DNA of 64,000 nucleotides from the NCBI GenBank assembly GCA_964016885.1, contig OZ024740.1, positions 414,098,001 to 414,162,000 on the forward strand. Reading direction: 5' to 3'. A program made the position numbers and the translations under genes. The notes under the pieces were generated by a model, which was not told where the DNA came from, did not search any database, and saw only the letters and a list, made by a program, of their open reading frames with translations. The stretch is from Eledone cirrhosa. Lineage: Eukaryota. Below, piece by piece: positions 39,115 to 53,737 of this stretch; the stretch's first letter is position 1, and the number at the start of each line of letters is the position of its first letter.

Positions 39115-39680
39115 ATATATATATGTATAGGAAAAAGTTCAGGACCCCGACGGCAGAGCTCAAGCCGTTTCGACAGCTATTTATGGACCAGAAATAGCCG
39201 TCGAAACGGCTTGAGCTGATATCTGACAGATATGGAGCTCAGTTATCCGCAGTGGCCGCTGGCTACTATTACCGCCGATGTGGTTAACTTACCCGATATT
39301 CTGAGCAATTATTTAGAGAAATCGACTGTATTTCCAGTTATATCCGGGTTTCTTAGAATTTTATGAGTATATCTATATCTATATATTCACGTCTGTATAG
39401 AAATGACAAATATAAAATCAAGCTACCAGTTTTCTGTGTCTTTAAATGACTAACATTGTCTCTTCCGCGCAGTAATTCTTTTAGTTTCAACACACGGTCT
39501 CAATTCATGAGAAGTACAACTCCGAAATTTGGAGAGCTTCATCTAAGCTACCAAATCTTTGAGGAATATTCTTACATGATTCCAGAAGGAAATAATGACA
39601 ATGCAACAGTTGAACCTTATAAAACACGAGACGTTAAAGTTGTAGTTCTGTAGAAGTCATTTCTATATAAAATATACATA

Positions 39681-39812
<132 letters not shown>

Positions 39813-39827
39813 GAGGGAGAGAAGAAG

Positions 39828-40633
39828 GAAACGAAATTTCATTTCTCCCTCTTAGTACGGCTGATACCTAAATATAAGTATGTATACGTACATACATATA
39901 TGTGTACAGACGCACAGTAGTATGTATATATATATATATACATACATGCACACATATATACATATGTACGTATGGGTTTACCGAACATTTATTATAATGC
40001 TTGGATTGTTTGTAAACAAACAGCCCGAATTACGCCCTACAGTGCTCGGCAACCATCGTCGCCCTTTTGTTCAACACTGACACAGGAACGATGTACTAGT
40101 TTCAAGCTTATTAGGTATCGTCAGCATCGTATACCTTTCTGCCAGATGATTGAACGTCTGAAAGTATATACTTTCCTTATGCATATTAACGGTTGAGCAG
40201 CCTAATTTGCATATCGAGTCAGTTAGTCGGCCGGGCATACCGAAGACGATAAATGGAAAAGAATGAAACGAAATTTCTTTTCTCACTCTTAGTACGGCTA
40301 TGCCCGGCCGACTAACTCACTCGATATGCAAATTAGGCTGCTAAGCCGTTAATATGCATAAGGAAAGTATATACTTTCATACATTCAATCATCTGACAGA
40401 AAGGTATACGATGCTGACGATACCTAATAAGCTTGAACAAAAGGGCGACGATGGTTGCCGAGCACTGCACAGCGTAATTCGGGCTGTTTGTTTACAAACA
40501 AACCTAGCATTATAATAAATGTTCGGTAAACCCGTACGTACATATGTATATATGTGTGCATGTATGTATATATATATACATACTACTGTGCGTCTGTACA
40601 CATATATGTATGTACGTATACATACTTATATTT
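39828..40633 (-). mobile_element. 437-nt redundant hammerhead unit followed by its own inverted copy
   Basis: 39828-39862 recurs at 40265-40298, and 40299-40633 is inverted. Hammerhead at 40088-40130: acgatg-CUGACGA..GAAA-ctag-UA-catcgt. Confidence 0.75.
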
Positions 40634-40650
40634 ATATATATATATATATA

Positions 40651-40950
40651 ATATGGAAAACGAAGATTCAGTGAAGCATTGGAACACATTTTATTAACCT
40701 ATTACAATTGTTTCTCTGGCGAACAGCTCCAGGTGCGATATATTTGTGGATCGAACCTGACTCTGGATTCGCAAGTTCCTCAGATACTAGACGATACTCG
40801 AAGTCACTAGACGTATCTGAGGAACTTGCGAATCCAGAGTCAGGTTCGATCCACAAATAGATCGCATCTCGAGCTGGCCGCCGGAGAAACAATTGTAATA
40901 CGTTAATAAATTGTGTTCCGATGCATCACTGATTCTTCGTTTTCCATATT
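40651..40950. mobile_element. ~300-bp fold-back element with hammerhead (40811-40903, +)
   Basis: Inverted arms around about 40795. acgtat-CUGAGGA-long stem II-GAAA-caattg-UA-atacgt. Confidence 0.7.
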
Positions 40951-41156
40951 ATTATACTCTCCCCTGAAGGAGCATAGAGTGTATATATATACACTGTTCG
41001 AGAGTAAACCAATCTTAAAGAGAGAGATGGAGATAGGAGAGGAGAACAGAGATTGGCGAAGGTGTTGGAAGCCAAAAGCTCGATGCGCAATATGCAGTGG
41101 GAGGCAGCTAGAGAACTCGGTTCATGCAGAGATTAGGTGCACAGAGCTGGAAATAT

Positions 41157-42653
41157 TCATTAGTTAAGCAAAACAAGACCACAAAATGTGCATGGAAGAC
41201 GTCACTTAAAGAGTGTCAACATAGTTGCAGTTTAATGTAAGGAATAAAGAGTGTAATTGTAGTTTAATGTAAGGAATAATAATGTCCGTTCACAATTGTT
41301 TCGCTACTCCTTATAATGTTTCTGGATCAATTGGTTATTACTTCGTTATTGATCTGGTTCAGAGAAAGATAAGTCACTTAAGTAATGTTATGGAGCAGCT
41401 CTTCAGAACGTTAGATGAGATAATGAAAATATTGATAAAGATAAGATGGAATAACAAATATAAAATAAAGTAAAGTAAGATGGTTACGTGACTGTAAGAT
41501 TATATAGATTGGCATTTCACGAAAGGAGTCCTGGATAGCTCAAATGTCTGCTATATACAAGCATTACGCTTCTGTCGCGGCTGTATTGAGCAAGATCTGC
41601 CTATGCGTAACAAGATGGCTACTTTTAGGAAATTTATCTTATTAATTAGAGACGGGTTTCAAGGGAGGTAACTCCTTGAAAAGTTAAATTCATAAGGAAT
41701 TTATAACTAAGATAGTGCAAATGACCTTAAATGTAAGATAATGTAAGGGAGGTAACTTATAATTGTCTAAGTATAGGGTTAAATATTTAACATGCTAGCT
41801 ATATGTAATGGCGAGATTTGATGACTATGTTGGGTCGAATATTCTGTTGGCGAAGGAATTTGCCCTACGATGGTGACAGTTAATAATTATCTCGTTTCTA
41901 TCGTTAATAGGTGGTGGTCGTGACAGAGTTATGTGATTGGCCTCGGTAAGACAGAGATCACAACAGTTTCTTTGTCCATTGAACGCTAGGGATCTAGCCA
42001 AGATATTATTGGTTAGTGAGTGTTCAATATTTAGTCCTATACTTAGACAATTATAGGTCATTTGCACTATCTTAGTTATAAATTTAAGGTCATTTGCACT
42101 ATCTTAGTTATAAATTCCTTATGAATTTAACTTTTCAAGGAGTTACCTCCCTTGAAACCCGTCTCTAATTAATAAGATAAATTTCCTAAAAGTAGCCATC
42201 TTGTTACGCATAGGCAGGTCTTGCTCAATAGAGCCACGACAGAAGCGTAATGCTTGTATATAGCAGATATTTGAACTATCCAGGACTCCTTTCGTGAAAT
42301 GCCAATCTATGTAATCTTACAGTCACGTAACCATCTTACATTACTTTATTTTATATATCTTATTCCATCTTATCTTTGTCAATATTTTCATTATCTCATC
42401 TAACGTTCTGAAGAGCTGCTCCATAACATTACTTAAGTGACTTATCTTCCTCTGAACCAGATCAATAACGATCTAATAATCAATTGATCCAGAAACATTA
42501 TATGGAGTAACGAAACAATTGTAAACGGACATTATTATTCCTTACATTAAACTACAATTACACTCGTTATTCCTTACATTAAACTGCAACTATGTTGACA
42601 CTCTTTAAGTGACGTCTTCCATGTGAATTTTGCGGTCTTGTTTTGCTTAACTA

Positions 42654-42656
<3 letters not shown>
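41157..42656. mobile_element. Penelope-like fragment: ~580-bp inverted arms around a GIY-YIG C-terminal remnant
   Basis: 41157-41735 is inverted at 42081-42656. ORF 41825-42067 (-) reads ILARS....CDLCLTE...I......N.RNEI...CHH. Hammerheads at 42404-42527 (+, GUA) and 41287-41410 (-, GUG). Confidence 0.8.
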
Positions 42657-42690
<34 letters not shown>

Positions 42691-42693
<3 letters not shown>

Positions 42694-43259
42694 GATATTA
42701 ATAAATGGAAACTATATTTATAAAACCATATTTATTTCATTATACATATTTCAGGGATACCAAATTAAATTATGGTATGCCTTCATCAGACAAAATACAA
42801 TATATAACAGTTTTACAAATAAGCTTTGACGTACCCTATTAAAATGCAACCATTGTTTTTGGAAGCCATCCGGATAGTGATTTGTTTATATTACTTTAAT
42901 AAGTCATAGTGTTAAGGACAATTAGAAAAAGACGGAGAGAAATTGTCCTTAACACTATGACTTATTAAAGTAATATAAACAAATCACTATCCGGATGGCT
43001 TCCAAAAACAATGGTTGCATTTTAATAGGGTACGTCAAAGCTTATTTGTAAAACTGTTATATATTGTATTTTGTCTGATGAAGGCATACCATAATTTAAT
43101 TTGGTATCCCTGAAATATGTATAATGAAATAAATATGGTTTTATAAATATAGTTTCCATTTATTAATATCGTATATCTACTCCAAATACTTGTCGAGTGC
43201 TTTATATCAGTTATAAAAATATTTACTTGTTGTATCCCAACAATTTTAAATAGAATTTT

Positions 43260-43261
<2 letters not shown>
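42691..43261 (+). mobile_element. Perfect ~233-bp fold-back element with canonical hammerheads
   Basis: 42691-42923 is the reverse complement of 42941-43173 with a 17-nt spacer. Hammerheads at 42733-42797 (-) and 43067-43131 (+). Confidence 0.85.
43067..43131 (+). ncRNA. Minimal type I hammerhead ribozyme
   Basis: tattttgt-CUGAUGA-aggcatacca(loop)tggtatccct-GAAA-t atgt a-UA-atgaaata. Confidence 0.8.
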
Positions 43262-43315
<54 letters not shown>

Positions 43316-43318
<3 letters not shown>

Positions 43319-43508
43319 CGAAGATAGAGTGTTAAGAAACCAGATGGACCATAACGCACCAGAGTACTCAATACTTATGCTAGTAGAGTGGGTAATAGGA
43401 ACATGTTTGACCCCGACAGCAGAACTCAAGCCGTTTCGACGGCTTTATAGTCCAGAATAACCGTTGAAACGGCTTGAGCTCTGCCGTCTGGGTCAAACAT
43501 TTTCCTAT
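43316..43508. repeat. Short hairpin-rich repeat family in (TA)n (gaccccgacggcagagctcaagccgtttcgacggc)
   Basis: Related copies at 14351-14458, 39128-39220, 52683-52725 and 53733-53815. This copy has an inverted repeat at 43397-43506. Confidence 0.7.
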
Positions 43509-44681
43509 ATATATATATCATACCTGCTTATTTGTTTTCTTATTATCTATAAAATCCTATAAACCATTAATACATACATAATGAAATATTGACACACAAT
43601 AGTATGGGTTTATATTCTATTGTAAATACAACCATTTTCCTCAACCACTAACTTAAAGATTCCACTATAGCTGTTGGCTTTATCTGCTCCTCTGAAGCGA
43701 AATATATTTATTTTATTCTCTTCCAGCTTCATCTGAACATTTTCTCTATTTGGAATATATTTTGTATTTAGATATTTTATTTGATTTTCATTCTACAATG
43801 GCTAAAAGTTTTCTAACTGATCGTCCGTATTGTTTGTAAAGGAAAAAACAAATTGTATGTGAATACATGCCTATATCTTGATACAGTCACATTAATTCTT
43901 TTTGAATACGTTTATATGGATACATTTCAATTCAGTTTCATGTACTCTTTCCAAATAAAGCTACGTTTTTTCCTTTTTCTATAGGTACATTTTGATTTTA
44001 GTTTTCCTTCTTTAAATCAAATTTTGAGAATCGTATTTCCCTCAAACTTAATTTTCTTAGATGAAATGAAACGAACAAAGAACAAAGTAGTCAAAACGAT
44101 ATATAAGTTTGACAAAAATAATTTCATATCGATTTCTATTTTAGAAATCGTCTAAATATATATTTATAAGAGGGGATTAATGAAATCAATTATTACGTGT
44201 GCTAGATATCCTCGAGGACATTAATGAGTATTTATTTTGTTTTATTTTATATTTTGTTTTCGTTTCCTTTTATAAAATGTGCCGTGATATGTCTTTCAAC
44301 ACAAGATTGAATCCGGCACGCTATGCTGTTCAGCACAGCAATTCAGCCAAAAGAAAATGTTAGTCGTTGAGAAATAAAAATCACGTAATTATAATGTCTT
44401 TCTCAAGAGCATTATCTTTCATGGTATCCCAGAGATGTTGAAGTTTCCTGGTTAGCCGAGTAACTAGCTTTAATGCATTTCGGCATTTAGTTTCATCTTT
44501 CAGTTCCCAGTGTAATCCATACCGTAGTCAATGGAGTAAGTAGTAAGATTCTTGATATACACTTACCTACAAGAATATTCACCATATATATATATTGATA
44601 TTTCTGTTTACCATTTAGACATACACACACACATACAAACACACACACACACGCACACACACATACACACACACGCACACG

Positions 44682-44732
<51 letters not shown>

Positions 44733-44790
44733 TAAAATAATAGATTAAAGTTTAAGTAAAGAATCGCTGCTTTAACGGGATCCTCTGAAT

Positions 44791-44867
<77 letters not shown>

Positions 44868-45559
44868 CAACAGAAACACAAGAACGCCATCTCAATTTTT
44901 CTTTTGAAAATCATAAGAACTGTGAAACCGGTAAAGTAAATAGATAAATATTCTTAAAAAATTCCAGTTGTATTTTCAATTTCTTTTCCTTATACTTTCA
45001 CCCGTGTGGGACATCTCGGTTTTAAAAAAATATCCTTTTCGTATGTATATGTGTGTATATATATATATATATAGAGAGAGAGATATTTGAGTATCCCGAG
45101 TTCAATCGGGGGTAACCACAGTAAGTAAGGTGCTCAAATCATAGCAGAGTATAAGTATTTAATATAGAAATGGTTTCTACAGGACTAGAACTGTTTTATT
45201 TGAAGGAAATCATCAGGAAAGCCTGATGGTTTCCTTTGTACGATTTCCTTTGTATATATACATTCTAGGTCGATAAGAAATGTACCAGTCTAGCACTGGG
45301 GTCGATTCTTCCTCTATATCTCTTTCTCACTTCCTTTCTCTCACTCTCCACCCTTCTCTAGAAGAAGTCTGCTGTATTCAAACCACTATAAAAGGGACTG
45401 GTTTCTAGAGGTAAAGATCCTTGAATAACAATGACTTTACTTGGTTGAAATAATTTGCTGAGACTTCATATACTGGATTTCATCCACTAGCTATTCAATT
45501 CAATATAGGCGGAAGATTTGTTATATTGAGAAACTTGCATGTTTTTACTTTTATTATTT

Positions 45560-45745
45560 TGGATTGGAAGTATCGGTAGAGAGTCGGACGCCATGCTTTC
45601 CAGCATAGTTACGTCCCTTTACGGTCTGAGTTCAAATCCCGCCGAGGTTAACTTTGCCTTTCATCCTTACAGGGTCGATAAAATAAAGTACCAGTAATGC
45701 ACTGGGATAATTGCTGGCCTTGTGCCAAAAGTAGAAACCATTATT
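45560..45745 (+). mobile_element. SINE family B
   Basis: Matches the family B consensus. Confidence 0.8.
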
Positions 45746-46245
45746 ATGCCACTGTTGCTGCACATTTATTTAACTTCTGCAAACATACAGAGCCAGCACA
45801 ATAGTTTCTACCTAGCTTTCAAAGTTGCTCCCATAACTTATGAAATTTTATCATTTTTAACTCTAAATAATCACAAAATGTGTTAAATATTATGACAGTG
45901 AATAGACAGAAACATTGGAAAGTTGAACAAAGGGCAGTAACTTAACTCCAGTATTTACATTCTAAATGCTATTCTTTCTGTAATCGATTTTGTTTCTCAT
46001 CTTTCCGAAGTCGATAGAATAAATTAGTGCTCAAATGCTGGCAACCGTTTAATCGAGTATAATCTTTTCAAATAAAAGACATTCTGTCTATGTAAGAAAT
46101 TAATATTATAGAATGTTTAAACAATAACCAAATAATAAATAAACAATGCTGCTCACATGTTTGTAATCATTTAATCTTCATGCGATTGTATAACTTTGAG
46201 AATTCTTTCAAAAAAGCATCATGTGGTTCCATTGTATTATAAACA

Positions 46246-46368
46246 ATAATTGTTTCTACTTTAGGCACAAGGCCAGCAATTACCCAGTGCATTACTGGTA
46301 CTTTATTTTATCGACCCCGTAAGGATGAAAGGCAAAGTCAACCTCGGCGGGATTTGAACTCAGATCGT
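46246..46368 (-). mobile_element. SINE family B (5'-truncated, with target-site duplication)
   Basis: Flanked by the direct repeat gtattataaacaataat. Confidence 0.8.
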
Positions 46369-46526
46369 ATTATAAACAATAATGACTTAGGATTGGTTCA
46401 TTATGAACTTTAGAGAAGTTAGCCATATCTCTTTCTCATACAATGTTATCTCCTACAAGCAAAAGATAATATTCTCCGGTGTAATGCAGGTTTCTTTTCC
46501 TGGCCATGCAAAGGCTATATATATAT

Positions 46527-46928
46527 ATATTGTTATACTTGGGGAGGGTCATATTTGTGTAATAATATTGCCGGAATTAATAACAGAACACACTCACTCT
46601 TTGGTTGGTTTTCGCTTCTCTGTCTTTTATATCGGTTAATTTAATTTGTTGCAGATGTGCAACGAAAGAACTTTGTTAGACTATATATATGTGTTTGTGT
46701 CTATATTGTATCTTCATTTTTGACTGTTGGTCAGTCAATGGTAACATTGAGGACCGAATAAATTAAATTAAATTAACCGATATAAAAGACACAGAAGTGA
46801 AAACCAACCAAACAGTGAGTGTGTTCTCTTATTAATTCTGGCAATATTATTACACAAATATGACCCTCCCCAAGTATAACAATATTTGTTTCGACACACG
46901 ATTTCATATCAAAAACCTCGCAAAACTA
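46527..46928 (+). mobile_element. Fold-back remnant of the 3' end of the 20378-23086 PLE family
   Basis: 46527-46647 is inverted at 46764-46885; homologous to 20378-20660. Confidence 0.75.
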
Positions 46929-47156
46929 TATATATATATATATTAGAAAGTGAGGTTTTTTTCACAAAATGAAAAATAACTGAGGTGTCCTACACGAATG
47001 AAAGTATAAAGAAAATAAGATGAAATCGAAAATGCAACTGGAGTCTTATTTAAAAAAAATATATATATTTATTTGGTTCCTTTACCGGTTTCGCAATTCT
47101 TCTGCTTTTCAAAAGTAAAGTTGAGATGGTGGGTCTGTGGTTTTTCTCACATATAT

Positions 47157-47567
<411 letters not shown>

Positions 47568-47594
47568 TATATATATATATACATAGAGAGAGAA

Positions 47595-47654
<60 letters not shown>

Positions 47655-49027
47655 GTATGTGTGTGGGTGCGTGTGTGTGTGTATGTATTTATGTGTGGAG
47701 TGAATAGATAATTAGATATGGAACTAGTAAGAGATAAAACACCCACTGCTTATAAATTTGAGAGAAGTATTGAGTGCCACAGCTATCAATTTCTTCTTCC
47801 CCTAAAGTTGATGAATATCTCTGATCATAAAGGTCAAACAACTATTTCGACATATTGCTCATGTAAAATAAACGTTTGTTTTTTTCATTTATATTTTATG
47901 TATTTCAGTAGATAGAGAGGAATCTAGTTTGGTAGGTATATTTGAAATATTTATTACATATAGCTGTATTTACTTCGATACTTTACGACAGAGTCAGTCT
48001 AGAAGAAAGTTAAGTGTATCGTTAAACGTCATTCATCAATATAAACTGTTTAAATAAGATATTACGTGTCTAGAAAGTTACAGCTTCTCAACAATTTGTT
48101 TGCACCTATAAACAATTGAAAAGTTTGTACTAACATATTTAATAAAGGCGTTTAAAAGCTCTAACTAGAAATGAGTATGTGGTGAGTAAAATACGATATT
48201 ATCCAATGATCAAATTTTTTCCCGAATTTGCGGGCAACTTCAATAAACTTGAGTTCGATATTGTAGGTTATCAATAAAGATACTACTTTATCATTTCAGC
48301 GGGTTTTTTCAATAATAATCACTTTATATCTTTGTATTTTTTATGTACTTTTAAGAGCTTTCATTTTCCTGTTTGGATTTATTTTCGTTTGTAGCTTTGT
48401 TTCTTTTGATGGTGTTGTTTTTGTTTGTTGTTTTTGTTTTTATATTTTGTCAGTTGGTGAGAACAGAAATTACTGCCAAGTTCCTGATATATTACTGTGA
48501 GATATTTTATCCACTCTGGAGAAATGAAAGCTAAGGTCAAGTTCTGAAAGATGAGTCACTAAACTACATTGGAAAAAAATTCGTGTCTGGCTGTCTACTA
48601 TTTCTGCCAAAACTATCTATTATCTATGTGTTTCAGATATAATAAATATAACCATGGATTAGTTCCAACGAGGAAATCCTAATGGTGTAATTTGGAGAAT
48701 TGCTGCCAATGTGATTCAAATTTTGAAGGAATAAATAGATAAACATAGTAGAATTAGATATATTATAAACACAAATAACCAAGAGAAAAATGCCCACTGA
48801 CTAGTTCGAACCCTCTTTTATTATTTGGTGAACGTAACAGAACATCTGTTATTTCCCTCTCTCTCTATCGCTCTATCTCTCTCTATCGCTCTCTCTCTAA
48901 TCAGATACATAAATCTATATTGCTTAATATGGTAGTTTTATTTTTACCCCTGCAACATAATTGATTAGTTAATTAGTGTTACAAGACAGGTTAAACCTAA
49001 CATATATATATATATATAGGATCGATC

Positions 49028-50326
<1,299 letters not shown>

Positions 50327-50432
50327 AAATGTGTGAGATCCTTGGTACAGTTAGGTATATTTGAAAAAAAAGAAGGAAAAAGAATGACTTTACTTGTAAT
50401 TCTAAACAATTTGATTTAATTTTATAATATTA

Positions 50433-51564
50433 CTAACAGAGGTACCCGGCGTTGCTCGGGTATTAAATAGCAATTATGTATACCATTTATGTCAATACTT
50501 CAGTGCTGCTTCGAAAACTATACTTTTATAAACTCATCGACTTTTTCCAAAAGGGGGTACCTGCCCTCAGGGGTCCCCTACTCAATATGTGCCAATTCTG
50601 AGAGTTCACATTCATCTGTAGAACAAACGTAGTCCATGTGTCAAGTTTTGTGAAAATCGGTTGCGAACTCCAGAAGTTATGACGTTTTGTTGCATTGCAG
50701 TGCAGTGCTTCAGTCGACTCCAAGGAAGTGGTTGAAGGGCGTTATCCGCCGGGAGGCCCTATAATCAATATCTGGAAAAATGAAAGTGTCCATGACCATC
50801 CGGAGTACATGAGTAACCTATGTCTTAAGTTTGTTGAAAATACTGTAGAAATGCATAAGGTTTACACACACGCGTGCACGCGCACGTGTGTGTGTGTGTG
50901 TGTATTTGTGTGTGCGTATGTATAAGTATGTGTATGTTCGTCGGTGCATACGTATGTACTGGCCTAAATCTTCACTATTTATATTTACTATGTTAAGGCA
51001 AAGTTAAAATCCCGTCGAGGTTAACTTTGCCTTTCATCCTTACGGGGTCGATAAAATAAAGTACCAGTAATGTACTGTTTAATTGCTGGCCTTGTGCCAA
51101 AAGTAGAAACAACTATTTTAATAACCTGTCATTTTCGTTTACAATTTTATTTACATCATTCTTAAACTCCGGGGCTGGAAATCATTCGGTTATTTTAAAT
51201 AGAATATTAGGCTAACGACTCCATTTACACCATAAACTTGGTCTTCTCTTTGCATGAAATTGTTCTTCTCGGTCCACCGCGTCGTTTATACGTAACATAA
51301 ATAGATAAGCAAATGACGCCATAAAAGGGAAATAACTCGTCTCTCATCTCTATTTATACATTTGAACTGAAAAATCAATACATTACAAATTCGATTTTTA
51401 CACTTGGCGTGGGTCGATTTGAAAATTTATTTGACCGATGGTTCCGTCGGACCTTCATCTATAAGTGTAGCAATTTCACCGAAATTTGAACGTACGGTTT
51501 AAGAGGAGATGTGTGCCGAAGATTTTAGTAGACAGACAGACAACCTCAGTTTTATATATATAGA
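50433..51564 (-). mobile_element. Non-autonomous Helitron (contains a SINE B at 50994-51117)
   Basis: The 5' TCtatatatataaaactgaggttg is shared with 3673. The 3' hairpin cccgagcaacgccggg is followed by ...gTTAG. Internal sequence differs from the first copy. Confidence 0.7.
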
Positions 51565-51686
51565 TGAGTTGGTGAATCTAGTTCTACCAACTCATAATAT
51601 CATAATATTATAAAATTAAATCAAATTGTTTAGAACTACAAGTGAAGTAATTCTTTTCCTTGTTTTCAAATATATATATATATACA

Positions 51687-51760
<74 letters not shown>

Positions 51761-52070
51761 GCATGTGTGCGCGTTTGTGTGTCTGTTCGTGTGTGGGATT
51801 AGGTAAGGATCGTCTACAGGATACCAGTTATTCCTGTACCACATTGATCCTATGCCTTATTTGTTTACTATGTTACGGCTTCTTAATGTACAATCTAATA
51901 TATACTGAAATCAGCATAAGCACGAATAATATGCAAATTAGTATCTCCATTGATAAGTTAATACTTCACTAACGAAGCCACTTAAAGGTATTTGTGGGCG
52001 CCTTTCTGTCGTTGAAGAAGAGGAGAGAAGTATGATACGTTAAGCAAGTGTGATTCGTGAGGGACTCACG

Positions 52071-52123
<53 letters not shown>

Positions 52124-52170
52124 TGTATACGCGCACACATTTATATTTGATTATATATATATGTATGTAT

Positions 52171-52203
<33 letters not shown>

Positions 52204-52363
52204 AATATAAATTTATATTTATATATATATAAATAATATATATATATATATATATATTGTATATACGTAATATATATATATATATATTGTCATGTGTAAT
52301 ATTCCTTCTCTGAGTGATATCTTATATATATATATATGTGTGTGTGCGTGTGTGTGTTTGTGT

Positions 52364-52556
52364 GAAGGCGCGTGGCTGAGTGGTTAGAGAATTGAATTCT
52401 GAGGTCGTGAGTTTGATTCCTAGGCCGAGTGAAGCGTTATGTCCTTGAGCAAGACACTTCATTTCACGTTGCAAGTTTTGCTTGCAGTTGCGACCGACAG
52501 ATAGTATTAGCAATTGATATGACAAATGGAAATATTGTTTCCTCGGTCCAATTTGC
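52364..52556 (+). mobile_element. SINE family A
   Basis: Matches the family A consensus, with deletions. Confidence 0.75.
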
Positions 52557-52721
52557 TAAGAAGCCCCAAGTCACGATGTTAGATGTCTGAAGATTTTTGA
52601 TATTGTGCTATGAAACTGCAATTTTAGAATGTGTATAATTAATTCCTATATATATATTTGTAATATTTATTCATATATATATAAGCGGACGGTGCTCAGC
52701 CGTCGGGACCCTGACTCTTTT

Positions 52722-52761
<40 letters not shown>

Positions 52762-52778
52762 AGGCTTCCAAAACGACC

Positions 52779-52830
<52 letters not shown>

Positions 52831-52847
52831 GGTCGTTTTGGAAGCCT

Positions 52848-52904
<57 letters not shown>

Positions 52905-52908
<4 letters not shown>

Positions 52909-53655
52909 GGTCGTTTTGGAAGCCTCAACAATGCAGGTGGGTAAATCTCCGGGTAACAGAATCAGGTGGTAATGTGAGAGATGTAAGAGGAAATGTAGAA
53001 TGAGATGTATATGGTGTAGAGGAACGTAGGAAAGAGTATTAAAATAATTGTTTCTACTTTAGGCACAAGGCCAGCAATTACCCAGTGCATTACTGGTACT
53101 TTATTTTATCGACCCCGTAAGGATGAAAGGCAAAGTCAACCTCGGCGGGATTTGAACTCAGATCGTAAAGGGACGTAACTATGCTGGAAAGCATGGCGTC
53201 CGACCCTCTGCTGATACTGCCAATCCACCGCCCTAGAGTGTAAAAATAATAACACGAGATAGAGTTACGTTGGAAGTGATTTAATTGTCTGTATATTTCG
53301 GATTTCGCATCCATCAATTGGGGGTTTTCCGAGGGGTAAAGTTTTTAGTCGGAGAGGAGCAACACGTGGCCTCTGTTGTTTACCGTGTGTGTACAGTTGT
53401 ACACACACGGTAGATAACAGAGGCCACGTGTTGTTCCTGTCCAACTAAAATCTTTCCCCCTCATCCGAAATATAGGGACAATTATATCACTTCCAAGGTA
53501 ACTCAATTTCGTGTTATTATTTTTATACTCTTTCCTACGTTCCTCTACACCCTATACATCTCATTCTACATTTCCTCTTACATCTCTCACATTACCACCT
53601 GATTCTGTTACCCGGAGATTTACCCATCTGCATTGTTGAGGCTTCCAAAACGACC

Positions 53656-53659
<4 letters not shown>
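52905..53659. mobile_element. Fold-back element interrupted by SINE B (53044-53233)
   Basis: Arms are inverted about 53395. The SINE is flanked by an agagt.t.aaaataat duplication. Confidence 0.75.

Positions 53660-53737
<78 letters not shown>

Noticed and set aside
39456-39653. 65-aa non-repetitive ORF (also 5622-5846 and 2781-3161) as host exons
   Set aside because: No recognisable domain or consistent splice and phase support; lengths are compatible with chance.
44862-47152. Related repeats at 44862-45040 and 46945-47152 with GAAA-ccgg-UA
   Set aside because: Looks like a hammerhead 3' half, but no CUGANGA partner is present, so it was not counted.
52756-52931. CRISPR-like repeat-spacer pattern
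   Set aside because: The spacers are (TA)n, the orientation alternates, the context is eukaryotic and there are no cas genes.
53280-53480. Possible hammerhead in the 52905-53659 fold-back element
   Set aside because: Only a ggat/atcc-GAAA remnant is present, and the core is incomplete in both arms.
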